Source of the DNA: Nemertoderma westbladi | Lineage: Eukaryota > Animalia > Xenacoelomorpha | Reading direction: 5' to 3' | NCBI GenBank assembly: GCA_032718475.1 | Contig: JAUCBJ010004814.1 | Coordinates: 9,498 to 73,497, forward strand | DNA length: 64,000 nucleotides | Shown here: piece by piece, positions 1 through 12,640 of the stretch | Layout: every line of letters begins with the position of its first letter | How positions within the stretch are numbered: the first letter of the stretch is position 1 | The notes under the pieces: generated by a model | Seen by the model: the letters and a program-made list of their open reading frames with translations, nothing else | Told to the model about the DNA's origin: nothing | Database searches by the model: none | Translations under genes and position numbers: made by a program

Positions 1-1089
1 GAATGCTGATGCGGTTGAGTTCTTGGGAGAGTTCTATCCCTACCGCCCGTGTGTTGTTACATACGAAAATAATACCGTAGCATTTCTCCATATGCCGCAT
101 CACCTTGATCTTTATCGGCCCGAACATGTCCACACCGCAATGCATAAATGGCTGGTTGTGCTGTCTTACCCTATTCGCCGGTAGTGGCGCCATCTCCTGT
201 ATGGCTCGATCCTTCTTTGCTCGTCGGCAGGTCTGGCACTGCCCCACTACCGCTTTTACCTTCTTCCTCAACTGCTTGACCCAATAGGTCCTCCTTATCA
301 CCGTGAGGGTTCGGTTGGTGCCCCCATGCAATATCGACTTGTGGGAGTCCCAGATAATCTGGTGGACTATTGGCGATCCTGTAGGGATGATGATGGGCTT
401 CGGTGGTACGATGATACTATTGTTGTAACCCACCCTAGAGTTCATTACTAGAATCCCTCATCATTAAGTTGTGGTGACAGCGTGATCAGCTCGCTGTCCC
501 GTCGAAGATGTTGTTGCTTACCGACGCGTTCCACCTCGTCGCAATAGTTCTTCCGTTGTTCGTAGCGGATGACTGCTTTGGCCGCTCCTTCCAGATCTAT
601 CGTTGCCCCGATCTTCTTGCCTTTGCCAACTCCCGCGAGGAAATTCCCGAAGGCTCTCCAGTACGCCACTAGTTTCTTGGTCTTATACCAACTAGAGCTG
701 TAGCTGAGGAGTTTATCCGTCGGGTTATCGCATAGTTCTTGTTTTGGTTGCACGTCCCTAATCTCCCTCACCATCTGGGAGTATATCTCTTCTCCCTCTG
801 AATCTCCTTCTTCTCCCTCTGACACTACTTCTGAGCCCGGGTCCACCTTTCTCATCGGCGGCCAGGCCTCCTTATCGCTCAGAAATTGTGGCCCATGTTG
901 CCACAATACTTCCTTCTTCAAGAAAGTGTGGCGTACCACGCCCCTCGACAACAAGTCCGCTGGGTTCTCGTCTGTTGGGCAGTAGTGCCACCAGCCTAAC
1001 TCTGTCGTCGCCCTTATTTCGTCCACTCTATTCGCAACGAATATTGGGTATTGCGTTTTCTCATTATGTAGCCAGCCAAGCACTACCAT
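1..1089 (-). pseudogene. pol: pol C-terminal part: end of RNase H, connection, integrase zinc finger and core start (frameshifted near 448)
   Basis: FVANRV, WHYCPTDENPADLLSRG, WQHGPQFL; manual translation of 1-400 gives H...HGG...CQTC, MAPLP.NRV, F.HCGVDMFGP (BEL integrase). Confidence 0.9.
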
Positions 1090-1110
1090 GGAATCCGTCC
1101 AGTAGTGTGT

Positions 1111-2517
1111 CTACACTATGTTTGGTATTGTATCCATTAGGTAGGTCGTGGCCCTAACTCCTAGTCTCGCAGCTGTCAATTCTAGTTTGGGAACCGATGC
1201 CGAATCTGGTGGTGTTGACTTCGCCTTGCTGAAGGCGAGTCTGGGTTTATGAGCCCCCTCTCGTTGTACTAAATAGAGTGCTGCTCCGTATGCCTCTAAT
1301 GACGCATCGGAGAACATATGTAGGTCCAGGCTCGTCATGTTCCCATCCGGGAAATACACTCGCGGTATGCTGTATGTTCCCATCTGCTCCAGGCTCTCTG
1401 TCCACTTATGCCACTGCTTTATAATCTCTTCCAGGACCTCTGCGTCCCACTCATCCTTTAATTTGTATACTCTCTTGAGTATCTGTTTTCCCGTGACTAG
1501 TAATGGGGATGCTAGGCCTAGGGGATCGTATATCCTTGCTATGTACGATACATAGCCCCTCTTTGTGTGGATGTCTGCGCCCTCCTGGCTTAACTGGTAC
1601 ATCAGTTCATCTGTCTCTTTGTCCCACACGATTCCCAGTGCTTTCTGTTGAGACTCTATCCTCTTGTTTGCCATGTCCTGCCCCTTGGTTGTTGTGGGAT
1701 TATCCATGGTCGATTCAGGTCTCCTATCCTCTATCGCCTTGATAAATTCCTCAGAACTGGATTGGAATTTGGTTAGGTTAAAACCGGATCCCTTAAGGAT
1801 GTCACGAACCTCGCGCCCTGTGTCCAGCAGCTCCTTAACCGTATTTCCAGACTCCATCCCGTCGTCTACGTAGAAGCCGCGTCGAATCATGTCGACGGCT
1901 CTAGTGCTGCATTTATCTTCATTTCCCTTCACCGTGTCTCTTAAGGCCATAGTCGTTGTAAATGAAGACGACTTGGCTCCCATGTTCTGCACTATCATCT
2001 TGTACGTCGGTACAATCGACGGTTCTTCATCGCCGTTGTACCATAGGAAGCGTTGACTATCGCTATCTTCTTCCGTTACATGGACTTGGTTGAACATGCC
2101 TTCTATGTCACAGGTGAAGGCGTGTTTCCCATTTCTAAATCTAAGTAGGACCTCTATCCCTGAGTTGTAAATGTTGGGACCCTCTAGCAGATAGTAATTT
2201 AGACACTTTCCGTTGGTCTTTGCCGACGCGTCCACTACCATCCGTAGTTTACCTTTCTTTGGATCTAAGGCCACGTGGAGTGGCAGGTAATAGGTCCTAT
2301 CCGTGTTTGGTTCGTCGACCGGTAACTCAACGGCCCATCCTTTCTCGACGTACTTCTTAATTGTCTTATGGATATACTCATTTTTCTCAGGGCTCCGTTT
2401 TAACGTCTGCTTTAATTTGCGAAGCTTCGTAAGTACCATCCCTCTGTTGTCGGGTAACGGTAGCTTCGGTAGCTTCCAAACCATCCCTATGGTATATCGC
2501 CCCTCATCGCATGTCAT
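1111..2517 (-). pseudogene. pol: pol: reverse transcriptase and RNase H (BEL/Pao)
   Basis: YYLPLH, KLRMVVDASA, DIEGMFNQV, FYVDD, KALGIVW, YDPLG, FSDAS..AYGA, SVPKLEL; in-frame stop at 1111 before HYWTDS. Confidence 0.95.
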
Positions 2518-2521
2518 CGAT

Positions 2522-3406
2522 TCAATCCATGCTTTGTAAAGCCTGCTTGTCTTCTACCGAGGTCCCGACCCCGGTCTCCTTTAGTCCCTCAAAATCTTGC
2601 CTGAGCAGTCTCTTAAGCTGCTCCTCTGCTCTCTCATCACCCATTTCCTGCATGGTTCCCGCGAACATGCATCCTGATGTCTCCGACATCCTAAATGGTA
2701 TCTTGCTCTTGATTGGGCCACTCAGCGTCCACCCGAATGGTGTCAATATCGCCACCGGGTCACACTGCTTGTCTTCGCCGAAGACCGTTTGCATTCTTTC
2801 ATGGGCTGTTGGGCAGTCCATTCCTACTATGATGGATACCTTCCTAACGTCCACTTCTGGGATTGAGAAGTCAATGTTGTCCAGGAATTTATATTGCTCG
2901 ACCTCGATGTTGGTTGGCCGCCTGGCATTGATATTAATTGACTCTATCACTTGGATGGGGTCGATGGTTGCCCCGTAGTCGCATCCCGGTGCCACCGCTG
3001 CAATTGTGCACCATCCAGTCCTCATCTCCAGGATCTCATCTTTACTAGAGATGGTTGTTACCGCCATTCTACTTGGCCTCGTTCTCAATCCTATCTCTTC
3101 GGCCACCCATTCCTCGACTAATGTGAAGGCAGCTCCACTATCAACCAGCATCAGTGTGGTTACTGATTGATTGCCTTCTCCAATCACTCGCACAGGTACT
3201 ACCCCAAGTAGCACTGTTCCTCTCTTCTTCGCCCCTACTGTGCTCGTTGCCATTGTTTGGCCCTTCCTTTGACCGAACTTGACCGGCGTCTCCTTGCATT
3301 GCCTAGCTCTATGTCCACTCATCACGCATCGCGAGCAGATCTCGTTTCTCGCCGCATATTCTACCTGATCTTCTCTAGGTAGCGCTTGCCAGTACCTGCA
3401 GTTCAT
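2522..3406 (-). pseudogene. pol: gag zinc knuckle and aspartic protease
   Basis: CSRCVMSGHRARQC (CCHC), LVDSGA active site, AILTPFGWTLSGP. Confidence 0.9.
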
Positions 3407-3739
3407 GGTTTTATGAAGCGCATTTGTATGTAGCTGGCATTTGCTGTTTTGGTTGTAGCCGTCCTTATACAGTGCATCGCGTATCGCAGCTGTGTTTGTA
3501 CCAAAGTCCCTACTATTCTTATTGCTTGGGTTCGGCCTACTGGACGTACTGGGGTTATATTTATTTGTGTTGTTATTTCTCCCCTGTCCGTTCCATGGTG
3601 TGGTCTTACCTTCGGCTACCTGTGGACTTGCAGTCCCCTGCGTCGCTGCGTATGGCAGTGATTGCCTTAGCTTTGGTAATGCGTTTGACGTGTTGTGCTC
3701 TGGTTTCGGTCTATGATAATCCGTCTTTGGTCCCTTTCC

Positions 3740-6700
3740 CTAGCTATCTTCACTATAGACTGGGTCGGTTATTAGTTCAGCTTCGTAATTCAAGAAGCTT
3801 GACATTTCTTCTAAACCCGGTTCCGCACCCTTTCTATCTCGAGTGGAGAAGGCGATTTTCCTCCACTTGTTGCGCAGCCAGCTCGGTAGTGCCTGCGCTA
3901 TCGTGGTGAAGTTATTGGACGCGTTGAGCTCGTATGGCGCGTCTAGCGTCTTCAGCACGATTAGCGCCTTTTCGACTTTGTTAGCGAACGTCTTAATGCT
4001 AACGGGATTATCCTGTAGGCCACCCGATGTTATGCCTCTCAGTGTCTGTCTGATGATCTTGGCCGGGTGCCCATATTCCCTGTCCAGTGCCCACCATGCT
4101 GTCGTGAAGCCGCCCTCTATGCCTTGATATTGCCTCACGATGTCGTATGCTGGGCCTCCCGTGTATACTTGCAGATATTTTAGGCACTCCGCCTGCGTCA
4201 ACTTCTTTGTTAGTATTTCGTTACTATACATGCGCCGAAACTGTAGATATTCTTCCGGCCTACTCCCATCGAATTTGAATGGTTCCACGGGTGGTAACTC
4301 GATACTCGTTTTCAACGCATCGATCAACGTGGCCATCCCCATCGCCTGCGCTTCCAATGGGTTCGATGGATGCTGTATAGTTTCTCCTGTCTGGTGCGGT
4401 CCGTCCGTCCTATTTTCTGTCTTCCTTTGACTTGGGTATGTCATTGGGGGTAGCGGCCCCCTCCATATTTCTGTGTCGCACGACCTATTTTTATCCACGG
4501 CTCCCGTTGTTCTTGCTCCTATCGGGGTATATTGTTGATATTGTGATGGGGGAATGTCACCCTGCCCCCCCCCCCCCCCACCGGTATGTTCGGTACTGGG
4601 GTTGATGTTAATATATTGGGGCCCATGCACCTATCTGCAATAATTCCCCCCTCCCCTGGGTATATGTTATGTCCCTGCATGCTGTAGTCATACTGCTGCA
4701 CTGGTAACGGTATAGGCCTATCAGCTTCTGGCCTACCCGCCGGTATGTACTCCGCGACTTCCGGGTTTAATCCCGTCGTCCGCGCTATCCTATCGCCTAC
4801 ATTGCCTCTGTCAGCATGGCCTATGGTATGTGCAGTAAGGCCTACAGTATGTCCTACAGTCTGCATGTGTCGCTCGGGATCAAAGTTTATTCTTCTCGAA
4901 TAGTCCTCTCCGCGGCTACCGTATTCTCGATCGGTAGGTATATCCCGTCGGAAAGTTTCTCTTCAACCCCCTATACTGCTCTCATCTTCGTACCGGTACA
5001 TCGCGTACCCCTCCATCGGCGCGTAATGCGCCTCGCCAGGTCGCATCTCTCTGGGGCGACAGCAATCTCCCGAAGTTCGACCCCACTGACTCTCCGTTCT
5101 CATCTCGACTACCGACGGCTCACTATCCGTCCTCGCTCTTCTATCGTTCGCGGCGATACTTCTCCTACTCTCTTCTCCTCTTCTCCCTACAGTGCAATAT
5201 TCCCGTTCATGAGATCTCTCGTCGACCTCCCGGTTAAATTCCACTACTCTTCTTCCCTCTTCTGATCGGGCTCGACGCTTCGTCCGCCCTCTCACAACGT
5301 CAACCTGTCTCTCTCTGCTCGGTCGCCAGCCGTTGGGGATACTCGCAATCCCCCTATCATTCTCCGTCGCTGGGTGTTGCGGTTTACCTATTTCGGCCCG
5401 CGCATTATCCGTTGACGCCTGTGGGGCGCTCTCTACCCCCCCTTTTCGCCGCTAACTCGCTGTAGCCCCCCCCCCCACTCGCCACATCTAACTTCGCTAT
5501 CTCTCACCCTGCTACTATATCCCTCTCTAGTCGACACAATGTTCCTACTGCGGCTGGGTCCATTCATCCCCGCCTCTCTCTCCACCATTATTTGGCCTAC
5601 CGGGCCTACTCTGGGTTGGCTCAACCCCGCCACCTCCTGCCTACTAACTACGTGGCCTACCAGGCCCCCCTCGGGTTGACTCAACCCCACCACCTCCGGC
5701 CTACTAACTACGTGGCCTACCAGGCCCCCCTCGGGTTGACTCAACCCCGCCACCTCCGGCCTACTAACTACGTGGCCTACCAGGCCCATCCCGGGTTGGC
5801 TCAACCCCGCCACCTCCGGCCTACTAACTACGCGGCCTACCAGGCCCATCCCGGGTTGGCCCAACCCCGCCACCTCCGGCCTACTAACTACGCGGCCTAC
5901 CAGGCCCATCCCGGGTTGGCCCAACCCCGCCACCTCCTGCCCACTAACTATGCGGTCCATCAGGCTGGCTTCCTGATTATACATGCCCGATGCGTTCACA
6001 TTAATAGCACCACAGGCACCGCCATTGGTTAAGTCAATTAAATCTTGCACCCCAGTTAAATTATCTTGTGCACCCAAATTAGAAACGGAATTATTTTGTT
6101 CGTTCAAAATAAAGTTTTCCGGATTATTTTGCGCAATTGCGTTACTTAAATTATTTTGTAAGTTCGAATTCGGGTTATTATTTAAATTATTTGGATTATT
6201 TTGTGTAGCTACATTAATATTAGGATTACTTCCTACATTAACATTAGGATTACTCGGGTTTAAATTTAAATTACTGCTACCAGGTAAGATATTTCCTGCA
6301 ATAAAGGTTTGGTTAGAGTTCTCCAATACGGTACTATTAATATTAACGACATCTACTGTAGCATTATTATTACCCCCCCGCCCGTACGGTCACACCAGTT
6401 TTGGGTCTGTCGTGCGGTCCCTGTAAGTGGGGTATTAATAAATGTATCCACGGCCCCTGGCTCCTCGAAAATATTCGAGCCAGTCCCGCTCTCAGACGCC
6501 CCTATCCGCGCCAGTTCCAGTTCGCACGCGCGTCTAACTCCGTACTCTATAAGCACGCTTTGGCGTTTTCCCAATTCTTTTCGCTCACGTTCCTCTCTTT
6601 CCACTCTCTCCCGACACTCCCGTGCGCTCTGCTCAGCCAACTCTGCCACTCTCCTAGCTCCCTCCCATCGCCTCACGCTCCTTACGTTCCTTTTCCTCTC

Positions 6701-7832
6701 TCGCCTCACGTTCCTTACGTTCCGCCTCACGCTCTTTGCATTCCTTTTCCTCTCTCGCCCCACGCTCCTTGCGTTCCTTCTCCTCTCTCACCTCACGCTC
6801 CCTGTGTTCCGCCACACGCTCCTCTTGTTCCTTTCTCTCTATTTCCTCACACTCCCTAAGGATTTTCACGGCCCTTTCGGCCCTCTCTCCTGTTTTTCTA
6901 ATCAGCACCATTTCCTTCTCCAGCAGCATTCTCCCCTCCTCTAACCGTCTATCTACCTCCCTCTGACCTTGCACTATCAGGTCGAGATGGTACGTGGCAT
7001 TTATCTCTCTCACCCGTCTTTCTTTTACGGAGGATGTAGCAGACTTATCGGTTGTGACGGATTCCCTCCGCCCTCCCATCCTACTAATTTCCCCCCTCCT
7101 CCCGGAACTCCCTCCGACCGACGAGGCCGAATCCTCGGGGTTAACCTCGGATTCGCCCTCCTCAGGTCTCCTCCAGCCCACAAATTTTATACCCTGGGCA
7201 TCGACCAAGTATGGCCCTATGTACACTACATTAGGTTGCATACCCCTACACCACCATAAGTCACACAGTTCCTCAGCAACCCCTCTCGCTCTCTCCTTGG
7301 CCAGTTCTCTCTGCCCGAAGCGCATCAGATAATTAAAATGTATATTCGACTCACCTAGTCGTTTCCTCAGTCTCACCTCGTCTATCTTCGCCCCCTCCTT
7401 GGCCTCCTTTAGTAGTTTCCGGGTCGCGTTGTAGGCCCGTCGAAGTTGATCAGAAACCCCGACGTCCTCGTCGCCAACCTCTCTTCCGTCTCTCCGGGTC
7501 CGACGTCGTACCGGCGGCCCCACCGTCGCCGTTCCGGTGGGCCGTCCGTCGCCCTCGGCCTGTGGCGGGCCGGCGACATCGGTACGTTGACCGTCGTCGT
7601 GTGTCGACTTGTCTCCTTCTCCTTCCAACTCACCCTCTCGGTCTCTCAACTCGACTCCCCCTCCTCTCGACTCGACCTCTGGCTCCAGACGGCCCCCCTC
7701 ATCCTGAGCTGCCGGATGACCCGTTACCGATGGGTCCGGCGTCGTGGGCCTGTACCATCTGGTCGCGGCCTCACGGATCGTTAGTTCTTCGTCCGGGGTC
7801 CGCGTCGGTGTCGTCTCTCCCGACTGACTCAT
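3740..7832 (-). pseudogene. gag: long gag, broken into ORFs 6654-7832, 6353-6763, 5433-6326, 4963-5295, 4519-4866, 3740-4630
   Basis: 3740-4630 has KFDGS..EYLQF...LKYLQVYTGG...ALDREYG (DUF1759-like); upstream pieces are E/R coiled-coil, N-rich and repetitive, colinear with element B 39765-43000; joining them into one ORF is inference. Confidence 0.75.
5593..5962. repeat. 60-bp coding tandem repeat, about 6 copies (20-aa unit VAGLSQPGMGLVGHVVSRPE)
   Basis: Successive 60-nt lines nearly identical. Confidence 0.95.
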
Positions 7833-7900
7833 CTCTCTTCTATAGATTGGTGGCTGGTAGTTACTGAGTTCAACTAGGGCGGCAGCTCTTTTTCAATTAC

Positions 7901-8440
7901 TGTGACGGGATCCAGGAAGGATCCCGGTTTATCCGGTTTGTCAGTTCACGCGTCCCCGCCGTGTGTGAAAGATAAAAGAGTTTGCGTTGTTCGTTGTATG
8001 TAATATTGGGATATATAATACAGATATAGATAATGGTGGACAAAAGTTATTATTGTATATGGAAGGTGGGAGATGGTAATTGAAGTCCCAGTACTTCCCT
8101 AGCTAAACTATTTCTACTGTAACACCAATAATACTGAGATAACTGAATGAGATGATTACTGCCAACTGGTTATATTGCACGGGTTGGCCTTGTTGCTCTA
8201 CCTAGCCGATGCCTTTCCCCCCTCTGATTGGTTGATACCCTTGTTGGCGCCCTTTGGAGTGTTCCCGTTCACTCCACCTATTCTCTCTCGGTTAGGGGTT
8301 TGGCCCCTGACCCTCATTGTGTTTCTCCTTCCCATTTTGTTGGGGTGACACGAGTTATTGGTTGCCCAATCTCGTGGCCCCCAATATTGCTTATCGGCTT
8401 ACTTTGTGGGTTTGGGTTAGCGGGATTGAATAAGCTAACA
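7901..8440 (-). repeat. 5' LTR of element A (540 bp)
   Basis: TGT...ACA ends; both ends align with LTRs at 36505-37173 and 43051-43699; TATAA and TCAGTT (initiator-like) on minus strand near 8170 and 8144. Confidence 0.8.
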
Positions 8441-8853
8441 ACCGTATCGGCGCATGCATTTACAAACAGTCTGACAGTTGAAAGGAAAATCTTTGTAAGG
8501 ATTTGCTACATCACAAAGATTAAAGAAATCAAGGGTCAGTCCAAGCAGTAATCACTATTCAAAGACATTTATCAAGCAAGTGAAAACAGCAGAAATCAGC
8601 ATTTGCAATTAACAGAACTAGCAGAATTAACAATTTACAACGACAAAAAGTGTAAGAATAATTAAGAATATTAAGCGAACATTAACGGAGATCAAGAAGT
8701 GAATAAGTGAACCAACTGAACAAAAAATGGGTATGACGCAATGTTTATCTCATTGGTCCAACAAATCCTACTACCATTAAACCAACCTAAATAGATAAAC
8801 CAATGTGAGCGCCGGATTGTGGCCCTGTGCCTCTCAAACTGTACAAGCAGACA

Positions 8854-10147
8854 TCAAACCCAGCAATCCTCGTCCAACTCCAGGTGTTCCTCTAATCGGA
8901 TCAGATTTGGATGGAGTATCAGTAATGTAAGTAATGGATGTGGAATCAAACTGTCCGCCAACACTTCGCTCTCAGAAGTCATCTGAGCTCTCATGGGTTC
9001 AGGTAAAGGGTACCCTGTTCCTCCTCGTGGTTCTCTAGGAAGAGCAACGGTATCTCGGGTAATCCGGATCTGCGATTCGGGTTTTCCTCTTTCCACAATG
9101 TTGATCATCGGCATAACATATTGTCCCACCTTCATCTTTGGGGATTTAAGTATGCGATGTTGAGTGTCCTCTCGAGGATATCGCATCGATGATTCCAATG
9201 GAGTGGCTTTTACTTTGGTTTCCTGTAGAATCTCCTCGGCATCAAGTATACCGGGTTTCACTCGCTTGTTGTAGAATGTGCATCAGTAGGCCCAAGAGAT
9301 AGTATGCCACGCTCCTCTATTGCGTTGTTCTACTCGCAATCTGTCGAACTCTCCAGTGGTAATGTGGTTCACCACAGTCTGGAAATTCCAGGTGTTCTTA
9401 TTGGAAGCAGGACAATTCGGTCCCAGTCAATTAGGTCCGGACAATTCGGTCCCGGACAATTCGGTCCCAGACAATTCGGTCCCATTTATTTAGTGTTTTG
9501 GGACCAAATTGTCAGGGACCAAATTCTGCGGGACCTAATTGTCTGGACCAAATTGCCCGGGACCGAATTGTCCTACATCCATTCTTATTATGGATCTGGC
9601 GAAAGTAATCTTACATGACCACTATCCACTATCCAAAGGTAGAATATCAACAATCTCTAACAGCTCGTCATACTGCGGCATCGCCAATACATATCCCTCC
9701 TTCGACATAACCAAGGGGTTTATGGCCCACAACCCAAGGTGTGCCCTTATTGGGAATCGGCGCCATTGAGTCGATACATGCTCGTCCACTAAATGATCGA
9801 ACAGCTGCCGCATAATCTTTACCGACGTATGTTCGTACGGTACGTCCCGAAATTGGCATTCTGAAGCTCGATGTCCCTTTATGTTACAGCACACTGTGCG
9901 ACGAATCGCCAGAAGGTGTAGAATGTGTGAGATCCATAATCTCCACACCAGTTACAAACTAAGTCCGACGAAGATATGTGTTTGGCTCCACATTTCTTAG
10001 CATGATGTCCTGTAGCTCCACATATTCTACATATAGTATTCGCTGGATTCCAAACGCATTTGTAGACTTAAGTCCCCAATAGGGCGAGCACTATCGTCTA
10101 CCTGATAATCATAATCGTCGGGATCAGTTGGTATATTCGTCTCCATG
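8854..10147 (-). pseudogene. degraded accessory ORF with CCHC zinc knuckles (probably the 3' region of another BEL-like element)
   Basis: Manual translation: CRICGATGHHAKKC, CNWCGDYGSH, (C)TVCCNIKGHRASEC, then FDHLVDEHVSTQWRR...LGLWAIN; aligns with ORF at 37870-39750. Confidence 0.65.
9403..9580. mobile_element. small foldback MITE (MULE-like by TSD length)
   Basis: Arms of repeated GGACAATTCGGTCCC units in inverted orientation; flanks gttcttatt / attcttatt (9-bp TSD, one mismatch). Confidence 0.75.
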
Positions 10148-10959
10148 GGTTGTACAATGTCAGGTCAGGTATTCTAGGTCATTGATCAAGAAAACTTGCC
10201 ACCTCCATGCAGCATAAAGGAGGAGCCACCTGTAGCTGCATAGACCCTCTTACTAGGGCAAATCTGGTCCTGTAACTAGGACCCCATCGTTCTGGGATAA
10301 GGACGCCGTTGGTCCTGGATTAAGGACCCATATACTTGGCTGCAGGGGTATATGGCCTGGCCAGGCAGATGGTGATCTACCAATGGCTGGTCAGGAGTAG
10401 AGTGTTCTCATGTTCAGTCTGAGTGCACTTCACTGCGACCTGCACCTGGCAGCAGGGATACAGGGCATGACCCAGCAGATGAGCTGCACAGCCAATGGTG
10501 GGTCATGTGCGCCAGAGTAGATATGGGTGATGGGCCTCATATCTGACTCCACTGCGACACCTACCCTGTGGAACGGCAAACCAGGGTGTGGTATTTGTGG
10601 CTGAGCTACTAGTATGGGTTGTACACAGACCATAGCATCGTTTCTCTCAAGTGGACGAATCTCGGACAAGCACGCAAAACAGCAGTTTTGCATTTCCACA
10701 AATGATTTTTAACCAGTTTTTCCTGATCAACGAGCGACCTTGAAAATCAGTATAGCTTCAGGATTACCAAAAAAAAGGCAACGTTTTACAGTATATCATT
10801 TTTTGCTATTGAACTTTTCCTTCTGGGACACCAGAATGACACCAATATTGGTTTCGCTTTAACAAAAACATTTATAACTAGTTTCATTGTAATCAGCGAC
10901 AACGAAAACCCGTATACCTTCAGAATTAACAAAGCAAACACAACATTTATTAGATTGAC

Positions 10960-12640
10960 ATTTTTTTACTTGTCTGTGTTGTATTTTCAAAAAAATTGAA
11001 AGGTACAAGATTTTTTTCAATACAGGTTTTCTGGGGCGCCGAATCCATTGGAAAATAATTAAAAATGATGTGATTGCTGTAAATGTCTTCCTAATAGTGA
11101 ATTGTGAATTCCTAATTGTGAAGTTTTCGAGTTATAGCACCATTTTTTAAATTTATTTTGTGCACTTTTTTTAAGCGTTTTTTGAAAATTACATTTCATG
11201 AAATATGATTTGTAATCTCTATTTTTGATTTACACCGGTTTTTTTGGTGTTTGGAATTAGATAGAATTCATATAAATTAATTTAGAAATTCCAAACTTGT
11301 TTTTTCCAACGTGTGCCAAATTTTGGTGCAGAAACCAAATTTTGAGATATGCAATTTTTGTAAATTGATTGTTTGTACCTGTTTTTTGCGCAATAGGGGT
11401 TTTGGGGGAATTGTGCTGGATTACGCAAAAACGGCCACAAAGGGTGAAGATCTGGGATTCACACTTCAAGAACGCAGAAGTAGTAGATATCCGGCAACTA
11501 CAGTCACAGACACCGACTTTGCGGATGACATCGCCCTGCTCTCTAATACGCTAGCAGATGCACAGCTTCTACTAAATAAAGTGGAGAGGGCTGCTAAGGA
11601 GGTTGGATTGCATATAAATGCTACCAAGACCGAATTCATGACCTTTAATGTTGATGGAAACTTGACAACCATTGATAATAATCAACTAAGGCAGGTCGAT
11701 GACTTCCAATACCTTGGATCATGGATAGAGAGTAGCAAAAAGGACATAGAAGTTAGGAAAGCAAAGGCTTGGATAGCTCTATCAAAAATGGATACCATCT
11801 GGAAATCAGATCTCTCCAGGCACCTGAAGACCAAGTTCTTTCGAGCCACAGTGGAAAGTGTATTTTTATACGGGGGTGAGACCTGGACACTGACTAAATC
11901 ACTTGAACAACGAATTGATGGTTGCTACACAAGACTACTAAGGGCAGCCCTAAACATCAGCTGGAGACAACACATGACAAACGCCGAGCTTTAAGGTACA
12001 ATACCACCTGCATCAACCACCCTCCGTGAACGCAGATTAAGATTCAGTGGGCCCTGCTGGCGAAGTAAAGACGAGGTCATACCAGATCTACTTCTCTGGC
12101 AACCAACTCATGGAAAGCGTAGTCGTGGACGACCTGCCATAACATATATAGATCAACTTGAAAGGGATACTGAACTTGGGAGAAACGAAATTGCGACAAC
12201 TATGGAGAATCGGGAAGCCTGGAAGGATCTCATTTCCACTGTCCGAGTTCGCTCGACCTAGTAGTAGTAGGAGTTTTGGGGGGTTCTGGTTTCGATGGAA
12301 TATATAAGAGGTGCATCAGCACGGTGCATGCAACTTGTATTTTTCGGTACTGTGTGCAAAATTTGGTGCCTTCACGAAATTCAGCATTGGACATCTCAAA
12401 CTTGTACTTTTTGGTGATGGGTACGAAATTTTGTGCTAGCACCAAAATTTCCCATACGATGCCGGAAAATGTGAGAACCAATGATCTGGAAAATATGAAA
12501 TGTATTCCGCTAGAATCAGTGCTCATGAGAAATGTGAATTTATAGTGTGATATGTATAAGTCAATTAAATTTTTGTGTTAAGCCTAAAAACTGCTGGTTA
12601 CTTGTTTTTTTCATTTTTTTTGCCTACGTAGAGCACTTTA
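10960..12640. mobile_element. fragment of a relative of the non-autonomous piggyBac family, split by an RTE insertion
   Basis: 11130-11400 and 12270-12630 align with 16275-17790; 11010-11085 resembles the reverse complement of 17810-17890. Confidence 0.7.
11409..12269 (+). mobile_element. 5'-truncated RTE-clade LINE
   Basis: DFADDIALL, FQYLGS, YGGETW; (TAG)n tail; TSD taggggttttggggg / taggagttttggggg; near-identical to 21601-22470 reverse complement. Confidence 0.93.

Larger units (their letters stand above)
1..8440 (-). mobile_element. BEL/Pao LTR retrotransposon, element A (5' LTR, long gag, pol; 3' part lies beyond window start)
   Basis: Domain order on minus strand gag(DUF1759-like)-knuckle-protease-RT-RNase H-integrase with BEL-type motifs; TGT...ACA-bounded LTR at 7901-8440 homologous to LTRs at 36505 and 43051. 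Confidence 0.95.

Noticed and set aside
5593-5962. Possible repeat-spacer array
   Set aside because: The entire 60-bp unit repeats in frame inside gag.
888-7867. Many plus-strand ORFs opposite gag/pol
   Set aside because: Antisense shadows of the retrotransposon frame with no independent motifs.
10200-10700. GC-richer stretch with weak RNase H/DIRS-like feel (PHPGLPF)
   Set aside because: No catalytic motif recoverable by eye; needs tblastx.
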